DNA of 64,000 bases from the sequence record OR413578.1; one strand, given 5' to 3'. Position 1 is the stretch's first letter, and the number at the start of each line of letters is the position of its first letter. The position numbers were made by a program, and so were the translations under genes. The notes beneath the pieces were generated by a model that did no database searches, had not been told where the DNA came from, and saw only the letters and a program-made list of their open reading frames with translations. This document shows positions 55,072-63,717 of this stretch, in pieces.

Positions 55072-55101
55072 AATCGACTATTACTCGTAAGGATTAAGCA
55101 A

Positions 55102-55602
55102 ATGAACATGAACATTCTCGACGATACCCGTTCTTCTTTCTTTACTCAGATGAACGTCAATCCCGAACGTACCCGCGCTATTCTTTCCACTGGCTGGAAG
55201 TTAAAACTGTTAGGCGAGTTAACCCTAAACCGCACCGACTGGCCAGAGGAAGCGACCGTATTGATTAACAGCATTCACAGCGAGTGGCTAGATGCTGCGT
55301 TGAATGCCCCACAGCTTCGCCCGTACTACCGGATGCTCCATGCAGGTTATGAAGTGTACCGCAAGGGCTGGTACGATGCAGCCACCTATCGTAGCACCCC
55401 TGAAGGTCGTGAAGACAACACTGTCGACCACGTATTAGTAAACAATTTCTGGGGCGACCAAATCGAAGTCTTACAACTTTCCACCGGTGACCGTATTCCG
55501 GCCTGTGAGTTATTCGAAACTAACGCACAAATGTACGAACCGTATGCAATGATACGTGGCCGAAAAGTCCCTATCATTTCCCTTATGCATATGGGGCTGT
55601 AA
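55102..55602 (+). CDS. hypothetical protein
   Basis: ORF track; AAGGA RBS; followed by a terminator. Confidence 0.75.
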   Translation: MNMNILDDTRSSFFTQMNVNPERTRAILSTGWKLKLLGELTLNRTDWPEEATVLINSIHSEWLDAALNAPQLRPYYRMLHAGYEVYRKGWYDAATYRSTPEGREDNTVDHVLVNNFWGDQIEVLQLSTGDRIPACELFETNAQMYEPYAMIRGRKVPIISLMHMGL

Positions 55603-55609
55603 ATACGAG

Positions 55610-55639
55610 AGGTAGCCTACGGGCTACCTTCTTTTTTTG
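55610..55639 (+). terminator. intrinsic terminator
   Basis: AGGTAGCC-TACG-GGCTACCT followed by a T-tract. Confidence 0.85.
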
Positions 55640-55656
55640 TTGAAGAAGGATTAAAC

Positions 55657-56283
55657 ATGAACGAAATTACCCTGATTCGTTTCATCGACGACATGGTGAC
55701 GTGTCAGAAAGCGAATCGTCAGGACACGAAACTGCGCATCAATCTGATGGAAGAAGAAGTCGAGGGGTTTCTGGAATACCCGCGGCTAGTAAAGTGGTTT
55801 AAAGAAGCATTACCACGTAGCTGGGAACAGCTCGAAGCGTGGTTTGCTCTACCTATTGCAGAACGTAATCCCAACAATACGATCTTCACCGGAACTACTG
55901 CATTAGATTTGGCTGGTTCGGTGGAGCAACCTAAACGTTTAGTTTTCTTCTACGTCAATGGCGATTCAATAATGGCTGATACAGTTAACTGGATTTCTGA
56001 TGAGTTGACTGTAAACACCACTTTGGTCGGTAGCGCTGCTGATGCCTGGGTTGTTGGCCAGCACCAATCGCAACCGTACGAAGAAATCAAAACCGGCTAT
56101 TTAATCCCGATATATCTCGACGGCGTGGCACCCGGTCGTAGTGCCGAACTGTTCAAATTCCTGCTTACTGAAACGTTAAAGGTTGTCGATTCTGATGCCG
56201 GGCGGGCGTGGTATGAATTAACCAAAGAGCGCACCGATAGTTTTTGGGAATCACTCGGACACCGTAAGTTTATTCCGCAATAA
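55657..56283 (+). CDS. hypothetical protein
   Basis: ORF track; AAGGA RBS. Confidence 0.75.
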   Translation: MNEITLIRFIDDMVTCQKANRQDTKLRINLMEEEVEGFLEYPRLVKWFKEALPRSWEQLEAWFALPIAERNPNNTIFTGTTALDLAGSVEQPKRLVFFYVNGDSIMADTVNWISDELTVNTTLVGSAADAWVVGQHQSQPYEEIKTGYLIPIYLDGVAPGRSAELFKFLLTETLKVVDSDAGRAWYELTKERTDSFWESLGHRKFIPQ

Positions 56284-56293
56284 CTCACCTCTC

Positions 56294-56326
56294 TGGAACC
56301 CTTCGGGGTTCCATTTCTTCTTTTTT
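56294..56326 (+). terminator. intrinsic terminator
   Basis: TGGAACCC-TTCG-GGGTTCCA followed by a T-tract. Confidence 0.85.
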
Positions 56327-56379
56327 ACGCATGACCTTTTGGATATGAACGACTAATACTTTCTCATTAGAAGGCAAAC

Positions 56380-58890
56380 ATGCTCAAGGTCGAACGTATC
56401 ATTTTGAAAGGATTTACCGGCATGGGGTTACATGAAATCGAAACGTTTGATTTCACCCTTAAGTCAACCGTTACCATCATCCTCGGTGGCAACGGCTGCG
56501 GTAAAACAAGCCTCCTATCTGTTTTTCTCCCCTTAGCTCCAGCAAAATCAGAATTCCGTGAAGGTGGTTCCTACACTAACTACGCGTTAGTTGGGGACGA
56601 CCGTCTTAAGTTTGAAGTCCTGCGACGCGGGTCTTCTTTGTCTTGTAGTATTTTCAATATCACTAAAGGTGTCTCCATCGTAGACTCGGTAAACGCCAAA
56701 GTTTACAACTCCATGGTGGAGCAATTAACCGGAATCACCAAAGAAATCAAAGAGTTAATTAATGGTGAGACCTTATTAACTGACGCCACTACCGAAGTTC
56801 GTCGTAAATGGTTTACGTTAATGTCAGAATCTGATCTGACGTACGTTGTTGGTTGCTATCGACGTTTGCGTAAACTCGCTTCCAGTTTAAGTGGGGCCAT
56901 TGAGCACACCGGACGAAAAATCGGCGAAGCAAAAATGCGCGTCGTTGATGATGAAGAAGATCGTGCACGTTTAGAAGTTCGTTTGAAAGAACTCGATGCT
57001 GAGCTTCAGGAATTAAACCGCACAATTGAAGCGAGACCCGGTTTAGATAACGCCGTTTCGGTTGATAGTATCCGGAAACGCATTGCTTCGTTGCAACCGG
57101 CTGTAAAACTCATTATGGAACGTTATGGCGTTCTGCCTTCTGACGAACTGATTAACGAGTTTCAAAGTCGTGTGGTTGCCTGGCGTGAGCAAGCTGCCTC
57201 TGCTGAAACTGAATGCAACATGTACAATAAAGAGTTGTCACAGCTACTGGATGAGGAGTCGCGTCAAGCGTATCTGATGCGCAACCATACCGGTCTAAAA
57301 CAAACAATCGACAGCTTAAAACAGGAACTGGCAACGTTCCAACAGAACTGGATGTTCCCGGCTCTGTTTGAAGGTACCCGCATTGATGTGGATAGCATTC
57401 AGAACGCGTTAAACGATGCCTGTAACTGGAATTTACCGTTGTCCATGCATTTGGACCAGTTAAAGACAACAGATCGCCTGGGAGCGTTAGAGAAGCGTTT
57501 ACAGGGTATGGATTTAACCTCTGCGGGTCTATCTGAAAAGCTGCAACGTTGTGAGAATGTGCTACACGGTTTATACCACGACCGTCAACACTTCTTAGAA
57601 ACTGCAGAAGTTGATTGTCCACAGTGTAACCACCGTTTCCGTCCTGGGATTCGTAAGTCGTTACCTGAAATTGAAAAGGCCATCAACGATAATGAAGGTT
57701 GGAAGAAGCAGCTGAAAGACGAAATGGATAGTCTTTTGCGTGACCGCAAAGAGATTGAAGAGGACGTCCGTAGCTTACGTACGATTCGCGAAATCGTCAT
57801 GTCGTATTCCAACCATCCTGTTGTCGGTTTGTTTTTCCGTAAACTGCAGGAGCTGGATATCTTCACCACGGCGCGTGATCGTTACGGTGCCATTGCACGT
57901 GCCTTTACTGAAGAGCTAGATTCGGCCATGATGTATCTGCGTCAATCGGCGAAGCTTGCAACAGCGGAACGGGAATGGCAAGAGGCTGTTGCCGCAGTAG
58001 GTAACGTTGATGGTGCGCTGAGCCAGAAAATTGAACATATCCGTTCACAACTGGACGGGGCTAACCGTCGACTGATAGAATACCGCAGACAAGCCAATGA
58101 GCTGGAACGCGAAACCACCCAACTGCAACAAACCAAAGAAGCAATCGAACGTTTCCAAAAAGGCTACGAACATCTGGTATCGGAAATGAACATCTCCGTT
58201 AACAACGTCGTGGTTCGCGAGTTGTTAAACCGACGCGAAGCGAAGCTCGATGCGTACACTTCCGCTCGTGAGCGGTTTCGTCAAATGGAAGGGGCTATTG
58301 CACGTTTAGCGGAATTAGAAAAAGAGCAAGCTGAGTTGCTCAAAGAACACCATCATGCCAGATTGATTATCAATGCCGTCTCACCCGAAAAAGGATTATT
58401 GCGTCGTTACTTTTATGCTGCGATTACCCGCATCATGGATTTAATGAATCGGTATATCGAAATGGTGTGGGCATATCCGATGCAGGTTATTCCATGCGAT
58501 CTAACCGACGGGGATTTGGATTATACTTTCCCGGTGCGATTAAAAGACCATGAAGAACTGGTGCCGGATGTGAAGAAAGGTTCGAAGGCACAGCGTATTA
58601 TCTTTAACATGATGTTTCGTTTAACGGCGTATAAAGCGCTTGGTTTACAAAACTATCCTTTGTTATTGGATGAACCCTCTGAAGGCATGGATGAAGAACA
58701 CAAAAATCGACTGGTCAACTTCATTAAATCGTTGGCGTTGTCGGGAGAGTTTTCTCAATTGCTGGTCGTTTCGCATGAAGCGGAAGTTCATTCTAAACTT
58801 AACGAAGCCACCTACTGTGTCGTGGAGCCAGAAGGTGTAACGCTTCCACCGGTTTATAACGAAGGGGTAATAATCAAATATGCATCATAA
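56380..58890 (+). CDS. sbcC: SbcC/Rad50-like SMC-family ATPase
   Basis: Walker A GGNGCGKT, long coiled coils, central CPQC zinc hook, Walker B LLLDEP..G.D, H-loop VVSH. Confidence 0.9.
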   Translation: MLKVERIILKGFTGMGLHEIETFDFTLKSTVTIILGGNGCGKTSLLSVFLPLAPAKSEFREGGSYTNYALVGDDRLKFEVLRRGSSLSCSIFNITKGVSIVDSVNAKVYNSMVEQLTGITKEIKELINGETLLTDATTEVRRKWFTLMSESDLTYVVGCYRRLRKLASSLSGAIEHTGRKIGEAKMRVVDDEEDRARLEVRLKELDAELQELNRTIEARPGLDNAVSVDSIRKRIASLQPAVKLIMERYGVLPSDELINEFQSRVVAWREQAASAETECNMYNKELSQLLDEESRQAYLMRNHTGLKQTIDSLKQELATFQQNWMFPALFEGTRIDVDSIQNALNDACNWNLPLSMHLDQLKTTDRLGALEKRLQGMDLTSAGLSEKLQRCENVLHGLYHDRQHFLETAEVDCPQCNHRFRPGIRKSLPEIEKAINDNEGWKKQLKDEMDSLLRDRKEIEEDVRSLRTIREIVMSYSNHPVVGLFFRKLQELDIFTTARDRYGAIARAFTEELDSAMMYLRQSAKLATAEREWQEAVAAVGNVDGALSQKIEHIRSQLDGANRRLIEYRRQANELERETTQLQQTKEAIERFQKGYEHLVSEMNISVNNVVVRELLNRREAKLDAYTSARERFRQMEGAIARLAELEKEQAELLKEHHHARLIINAVSPEKGLLRRYFYAAITRIMDLMNRYIEMVWAYPMQVIPCDLTDGDLDYTFPVRLKDHEELVPDVKKGSKAQRIIFNMMFRLTAYKALGLQNYPLLLDEPSEGMDEEHKNRLVNFIKSLALSGEFSQLLVVSHEAEVHSKLNEATYCVVEPEGVTLPPVYNEGVIIKYAS

Positions 58891-59071
58891 AGGTTGGCGC
58901 TTATGGGCTTGGTGGGGTTTTCAGTTCCTTCAGTTTGTTGTGATGGTACTGTACCTCTCCTTTTGTGCAACCGTAGTGGTTATCGCTGCGGTCGTTTATT
59001 TAGCTGCTGCTCTTAAAGAACGTCTTTTTGACACGCGTTGTGAGTGGCGAGATATAGGGGAACGGACATGA
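58880..59071 (+). CDS. small membrane protein
   Basis: Long hydrophobic stretch FVVMVLYLSFCATVVVIAAVVYLAAAL. Confidence 0.6.
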   Translation: MHHKGWRLWAWWGFQFLQFVVMVLYLSFCATVVVIAAVVYLAAALKERLFDTRCEWRDIGERT

Positions 59072-59172
59072 TTGAAGGTATCGTATTAACCGGTATTGCG
59101 CTGTGGTTGATTCGTGGTGCCTGGGGTTGGATTATCCGCACGAAAGGATGGGCGTTCCATGGCAAGACGTAA
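59068..59172 (+). CDS. membrane micro-peptide (34 aa)
   Basis: ATGA overlap; MIEGIVLTGIALWLIRGAWGWIIRTKGWAFHGKT. Confidence 0.55.
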   Translation: MIEGIVLTGIALWLIRGAWGWIIRTKGWAFHGKT

Positions 59173-59362
59173 ACCTGGTCGTTTAAAGTTTTGGGCAGTT
59201 GTGGTAATGCACACTGTAGTGTTGCTGGGTATTTTCATGTCTCGCGCCACGCCTGCCTTTTGGGGCTTAGTTGTTTTGGTGTTCTTAGAAGGGGTTTACT
59301 TCGGTAATCTGTGGAGCAAGCCCCCGCGTTTAAGGGACCCGGCTTATGACAGTCGTGAATAG
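59159..59362 (+). CDS. small 2-TM membrane protein (67 aa)
   Basis: ATG 59159 after AAAGGA; two hydrophobic segments, basic N-terminus. Confidence 0.65.
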   Translation: MARRKPGRLKFWAVVVMHTVVLLGIFMSRATPAFWGLVVLVFLEGVYFGNLWSKPPRLRDPAYDSRE

Positions 59363-59477
59363 TGTCAACGCAGCCATGATTGCAACAGGTGCGTATGATG
59401 GTGCCACCTGGACAGACCTTGGCATTACGATTATCATCTGTGCAATCGGAGCATTTCTGGCATCATGGTTATTTTAG
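59346..59477 (+). CDS. membrane micro-peptide (43 aa)
   Basis: MTVVNSVNAAMIATGAYDGATWTDLGITIIICAIGAFLASWLF. Confidence 0.5.
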   Translation: MTVVNSVNAAMIATGAYDGATWTDLGITIIICAIGAFLASWLF

Positions 59478-59572
59478 TGAAGTGGGTTGGGTGTATCATC
59501 TGTAGCCTGGTACTAGGAGCAGGCGCATACGCCCTAGGCGCAATCCTTGCATTGACGCAAGGTTGGTTTTAA
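59477..59572 (+). CDS. membrane micro-peptide (31 aa)
   Basis: GTG overlapping the previous stop; MKWVGCIICSLVLGAGAYALGAILALTQGWF. Confidence 0.45.
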   Translation: MKWVGCIICSLVLGAGAYALGAILALTQGWF

Positions 59573-59590
59573 CAGGAGGGTAATTACGAA

Positions 59591-59869
59591 GTGGGAGAAG
59601 TATCATGTGACAGTGAAACAGTCTCTGATCCCGTGGTCGTGGGTTCAGGGGCGGCCGAGCCAACCCGGCGTATCGTTCTTTCGAGCGTGGGGATGGCTAT
59701 AGGGTCTTCAAAGAACCTTCTAGCAGACATCGCGGAAGTCTGCGGGCCGGATGATTTTGCAGTTTCACGCACAGTCGGGGAAGACTGGCGTGGTAATCAG
59801 AAGCGCCATGAGCGAATGTGGCGACGGAAGGTTACCTCAGCATCGCGACGTTTTCAACGACGTTGCTGA
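59591..59869 (+). CDS. hypothetical protein
   Basis: GTG after AGGAGG. Confidence 0.6.
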   Translation: MGEVSCDSETVSDPVVVGSGAAEPTRRIVLSSVGMAIGSSKNLLADIAEVCGPDDFAVSRTVGEDWRGNQKRHERMWRRKVTSASRRFQRRC

Positions 59870-60015
59870 TTAAAGACACGGTTCCGATAGAGAACTGGTC
59901 TTTACCTGCAGCGGTATACACCGCTAAGCTTTACCGGTAAACTTAAGAAAACACAAACGCAATTCTTCGTTACTCGCTTTCATCGCAGGTGAAAGCTCAC
60001 TTAGGAATTCAGCTC

Positions 60016-60504
60016 ATGGCCGAAATTGTCATTCTTTCCTCATCCTCAGATTTAACGGAAGCACAAAATAAACAGCTGTTGGGGCTGCATTATAAATTTC
60101 TGAACCACCAACGTACCATACTCCATATCGAAAAAGGTGAGATTCCGAACCTCACTCTGGAGAAACTGTTGGCGGGGAACCGTGCCTGCGTTGCTCTGGA
60201 AGGGGGTACCCCTGTTGGTTACTGTTTGTATCGCGTAATCGCTGGGGTTCTGAAGATTCGTACGATGTTCGTGTCTGAAATGGCACGCCGCCGTAAAACG
60301 ATGACGCAGATTTTTGATGCGCTTGATGTGAATGAACAGTTCACCAGTGCGCATGGGGGAATATACGCTTGCCAGGAAGCTGGTATTGCGTTCTTTACCG
60401 CTCGCGGTTTTGACAAGACCGTCTCTACAGACGGACAATGGCTTGAATTTAAGAAGCAGGTTCCTGCGGAAGCAGATGAACCTTTAAGGCCTGCGGTAGC
60501 ATAG
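60016..60504 (+). CDS. GNAT-fold acetyltransferase-like protein
   Basis: VALEGGTPVGYC..IRTMFVS..ARRR..M..I..L and AFFTARGF motifs; ATG 60016 after TAGGA. Confidence 0.65.
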   Translation: MAEIVILSSSSDLTEAQNKQLLGLHYKFLNHQRTILHIEKGEIPNLTLEKLLAGNRACVALEGGTPVGYCLYRVIAGVLKIRTMFVSEMARRRKTMTQIFDALDVNEQFTSAHGGIYACQEAGIAFFTARGFDKTVSTDGQWLEFKKQVPAEADEPLRPAVA

Positions 60505-60512
60505 TCCTGTTT

Positions 60513-60571
60513 TAGCACTCCTTACGATTATACCTCACTATGAGTGGGGTATTTTTACGCGAGGAGTGCTA
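60513..60571 (+). promoter_or_regulatory. leader structure sequestering the Shine-Dalgarno
   Basis: TAGCACTCCT (60513-22) is the perfect complement of AGGAGTGCTA (60562-71), which contains the SD; inner hairpin at 60530-60552. Confidence 0.55.
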
Positions 60572-60574
60572 TTT

Positions 60575-60793
60575 ATGTTTCACCGTCCTGGGTTTTCAGC
60601 TTTAAACACCGATGTCTGTTGGGCCGAGTACGAGCGGGTGAAGGAGTTCTTACCCGTAAATCCAAAACACATCAACGTGGGTACTATCGGGCGTGTTGCG
60701 TTCGATGATACTCCGCTGAGTACGTGTATTAAAGCAGCGCTTGGTACGCTGCCTGAGCCTCACCACCACGACTGGGAGGCAACTTTACCCTAA
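60575..60793 (+). CDS. small protein containing an EF-Tu N-terminal-like segment
   Basis: KHINVGTIGRVAFDDTPLSTCI vs EF-Tu [22 protein letters not shown]. Confidence 0.6.
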   Translation: MFHRPGFSALNTDVCWAEYERVKEFLPVNPKHINVGTIGRVAFDDTPLSTCIKAALGTLPEPHHHDWEATLP

Positions 60794-60804
60794 GGAGCAT
60801 TAAA

Positions 60805-61227
60805 ATGGTTACCGCTATTCGCGAAACAAAATCACTATACGATCATTTATCAGAAGAAGAAACAGCCTTATTCTACGACCTGTTACCTGAAACCAAAGCA
60901 AATGTTCAGTGGTGGTTACGTTTAGCGCTACGTGATAAAGTTGGGGAAACGCCGGTTAGTATTCTCGCGCACACGTTGGACATGACGCCCATGATTGAAA
61001 TCGCGATTACCCGCCCTAAATTCTGGCGGCCTGGTATGGTGCGTGAGGCGTATCTACTCCAACGCTTAGGTGTTGACCCGGAGAAGTGTTGGCGTAAGAT
61101 GGACGACCATCGCTACCGTGAAGAAATTACGAATAGCCTCAACACTATGTTGGCAATGAAACGACTCGGTATCGAACACGAAGGTTTCGAGTCAGCGGTA
61201 AAAGCCTGGGTGAAAAGGAACAGCTAA
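60805..61227 (+). CDS. hypothetical protein
   Basis: ORF track; AAGGAG RBS. Confidence 0.75.
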   Translation: MVTAIRETKSLYDHLSEEETALFYDLLPETKANVQWWLRLALRDKVGETPVSILAHTLDMTPMIEIAITRPKFWRPGMVREAYLLQRLGVDPEKCWRKMDDHRYREEITNSLNTMLAMKRLGIEHEGFESAVKAWVKRNS

Positions 61228-61476
61228 ATGCAAAAAACAATCATCGGAATAACGGTTGGTTCTTTCTGTGGCTTCCCTACCCCACAAACAGAACCCCAAT
61301 ATTTGGGCGCAGGCAAACCTGACCCGGAAGTCCGTAAGTTGCGCGAAGAAGCAAAAGCCAGAGTTCTTACTGAGCTGGAATCGTTGCTTCAGTCTCCGGT
61401 TATTTCACAATGGGGTATGGCAATAGATGTCACTCGAACTGATCGACGAGGCCGTTATCTCCCACGACTTGTTTAA
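61228..61476 (+). CDS. small hypothetical protein
   Basis: ORF track; abuts the previous stop; AAAAGGA RBS. Confidence 0.6.
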   Translation: MQKTIIGITVGSFCGFPTPQTEPQYLGAGKPDPEVRKLREEAKARVLTELESLLQSPVISQWGMAIDVTRTDRRGRYLPRLV

Positions 61477-61927
61477 CGCGCCTGAGCGCTTCAAGGTCGT
61501 TACAGTTAACTGCGTTGGTGCAATGGGAAGGGGCATTGCCTTGGCGTGCCGAGAACGCTTCCCATCGCTTTATAATGACTATCGCCAGAAATGCCGTAAA
61601 GAGCAAATCGTTATCGGTGAGGTCTATTGTTATCCTGAGGAAGGGGTAATACTCCTTCCTACTAAAACCCATTTTCGCTATAAATCGCAGATTTACTATG
61701 TCACGTCCGGCATTGATGCGCTGGCGCGACTAGGGGAAGACTTAGAAGGAGGGATTGCGATACCGCCCCTAGGGATGGCTAACGGTTGGTTACGTTACCA
61801 TGAGCGATTGGAAATCTTTATACACTTACAGAAACGACTACAGCACACGGAGCAGACTTATCGATTCTATTTACCGGACACCCTGCTGAGGGAAGCAGAG
61901 AAAATCATCCCAAATAGTTTCAAATAG
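61427..61927 (+). CDS. macrodomain protein (DarG/Appr-1''-p-type)
   Basis: DLF..VVTVNCVGAMGRGIA..RFP..Y..C..PTK..IAIPPLG..NG motif set. Confidence 0.85.
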   Translation: MSLELIDEAVISHDLFNAPERFKVVTVNCVGAMGRGIALACRERFPSLYNDYRQKCRKEQIVIGEVYCYPEEGVILLPTKTHFRYKSQIYYVTSGIDALARLGEDLEGGIAIPPLGMANGWLRYHERLEIFIHLQKRLQHTEQTYRFYLPDTLLREAEKIIPNSFK

Positions 61928-62026
61928 ATATTATCATCAGGGCACATTACAAAGGAGCACAATGCCGTCCGCGCCGTCTTCCCGGATTGGGAACGGAAAA
62001 GTATAAATCCGTTTGGAGATACATCC

Positions 62027-62749
62027 ATGTTTCGCACCATTTTATTTCTTCTGGTAGCAATGACTACGTTCAACAGCAACGCTTCTTACCAGACCACCAG
62101 TAACAAACACCAAAAAGAATTCGTCCTTATCCAGGACCAGTTCAATGAGATTAAACCTCTCATCGTCACCGCATCTCGAAAACAAGGCGTACATGCCGGG
62201 ATGCTCGCGACCACCATTTATCGTGAATCCCGTTTTAATAAAAACGTGGGTAAGAATAAATCGAGCAGTGCTAGTAGTGTTGTCCAAATGACGACAGGCA
62301 CTAAACGCTCCATGATACGTCTGTATGGGAAACAACTTAACATCCCAAAGAATGCGGACCTTAATAAACCGAAGTATGCTGTACAGCTTGCTGCCGTTTA
62401 CATGAAACACATCGAGGATCATCTGACAAAACAACTCAAACGCAAGCCGAGCACAGCCGAAATCGCTTTAGGCTACCGCTTCGGTGAGGGTGCTGCTGTT
62501 GCGATGATTAAAAAGAAATCACCGGTCGGGAAACGCTGGATGGCCAGCTACCGAAAAGACGCAGCATTCTACGGTGCGAAAATGACACCACCGAAAGCTG
62601 AAACACGTCAGCTTGCTTTTGCGAAGGAAGACCGCGACCAACGCGTCGCCGAACTTCAGAAAATCTGGGATACGCTGTACACCAAAATATCACCTGCGGC
62701 CGGTACATTACTGGCAAATAACACTATCATGAAAGGAGCATTGCTTTGA
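62027..62749 (+). CDS. secreted lytic transglycosylase (SLT/lysozyme-like)
   Basis: Signal peptide; YRESRFN (catalytic Glu), SSA..VQM..GT, A.YM, ALGY.FG.G. Confidence 0.75.
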   Translation: MFRTILFLLVAMTTFNSNASYQTTSNKHQKEFVLIQDQFNEIKPLIVTASRKQGVHAGMLATTIYRESRFNKNVGKNKSSSASSVVQMTTGTKRSMIRLYGKQLNIPKNADLNKPKYAVQLAAVYMKHIEDHLTKQLKRKPSTAEIALGYRFGEGAAVAMIKKKSPVGKRWMASYRKDAAFYGAKMTPPKAETRQLAFAKEDRDQRVAELQKIWDTLYTKISPAAGTLLANNTIMKGALL

Positions 62750-63339
62750 CACTCGTAACACGCCCCTGGTATCCAGGTCTTAAAACAGCCGCACAAATCA
62801 CCGCCAAAGACGTTTACGAACTGATTCGCGCGGGTGCGGAACACGTTCAAACCAATCCGAACTACGTTGAGCGTCCTATCGGTGAAGTCGATGGGGAAGC
62901 TGTCGAAGCACCTGTCTACGTTGAGTACGGCGAATGGTTCGCAGAGAACCACGGTTTCTACGACGCGTTAAACGCGGCGTTTGGTGATGACGAAGACGAA
63001 GGTATCGAATTCGACTGGAACGTTAATCTGGCGCTGATGTGGATTTGTGGTTTACGTCCAGCAATTGACGAAACCGAAGCAGGTTTCGTGCTGACGTGGC
63101 GACAGTCGGCGGGTTACAATAAAGAACTCGACTTCAAACAGGCGTATATGGATGTGTCGATTGCACTGCAGAAACTGTTCTTCGGCGATCGTGCTTTCTG
63201 CCAGCTCAGCTGGTTGACCATCCTGGAAAAACTGGCAACGTGCCACAAACTGTGGCGAGCAGAAGATGCCCCAGAACATCTTTTCGTGCTCGAATATGCA
63301 GTGGTACCGAACCAGCCGTTCTTTGAGGCCGAAGCGTAA
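62746..63339 (+). CDS. hypothetical acidic protein
   Basis: TTG after AAAGGAG, overlapping the previous stop; followed by a terminator. Confidence 0.7.
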   Translation: MTLVTRPWYPGLKTAAQITAKDVYELIRAGAEHVQTNPNYVERPIGEVDGEAVEAPVYVEYGEWFAENHGFYDALNAAFGDDEDEGIEFDWNVNLALMWICGLRPAIDETEAGFVLTWRQSAGYNKELDFKQAYMDVSIALQKLFFGDRAFCQLSWLTILEKLATCHKLWRAEDAPEHLFVLEYAVVPNQPFFEAEA

Positions 63340-63344
63340 TTAAC

Positions 63345-63376
63345 GGTCAGACCTTCGGGTCTGACCACCTTTTATT
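63345..63376 (+). terminator. intrinsic terminator
   Basis: GGTCAGACC-TTCG-GGTCTGACC followed by ACCTTTTATTT. Confidence 0.85.
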
Positions 63377-63390
63377 TAATTCTTGGGTGT

Positions 63391-63657
63391 GTGTTCGTGA
63401 AACGTTTAATAAATTTTCTCTACTGGATGGAGAAACGCTATAGCCACAACATTCCGATGATGTATAGTTTGTTATTCTCCACGGTAATGTTGGTGATCGG
63501 TGCGATCGTCGCGCATCTGATGGAACTCACGTCTCCATGGGCGCAACTCTTTCTTACCATCTGGATGTTGTTCTCAGGCTACCACATACGTGGTTTCATA
63601 ACCCGATTCTTTCGCTGGCGTAGTACCTGGCACGTCTTTAATTCCGACCGTAACTAG
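63391..63657 (+). CDS. small 2-TM membrane protein
   Basis: Two hydrophobic segments. Confidence 0.55.
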   Translation: MFVKRLINFLYWMEKRYSHNIPMMYSLLFSTVMLVIGAIVAHLMELTSPWAQLFLTIWMLFSGYHIRGFITRFFRWRSTWHVFNSDRN

Positions 63658-63717
63658 TTTTTTACAGCAGTAACTAATCATCTGAAAATACCATTGACTT
63701 TTATAAGGACTATTAAC

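Noticed and set aside
56380-58890. SbcC as a novel SMC-type defence system
   Set aside because: SbcC/Rad50 homologs are ordinary in large phages, and no partner defence genes are adjacent in this window.
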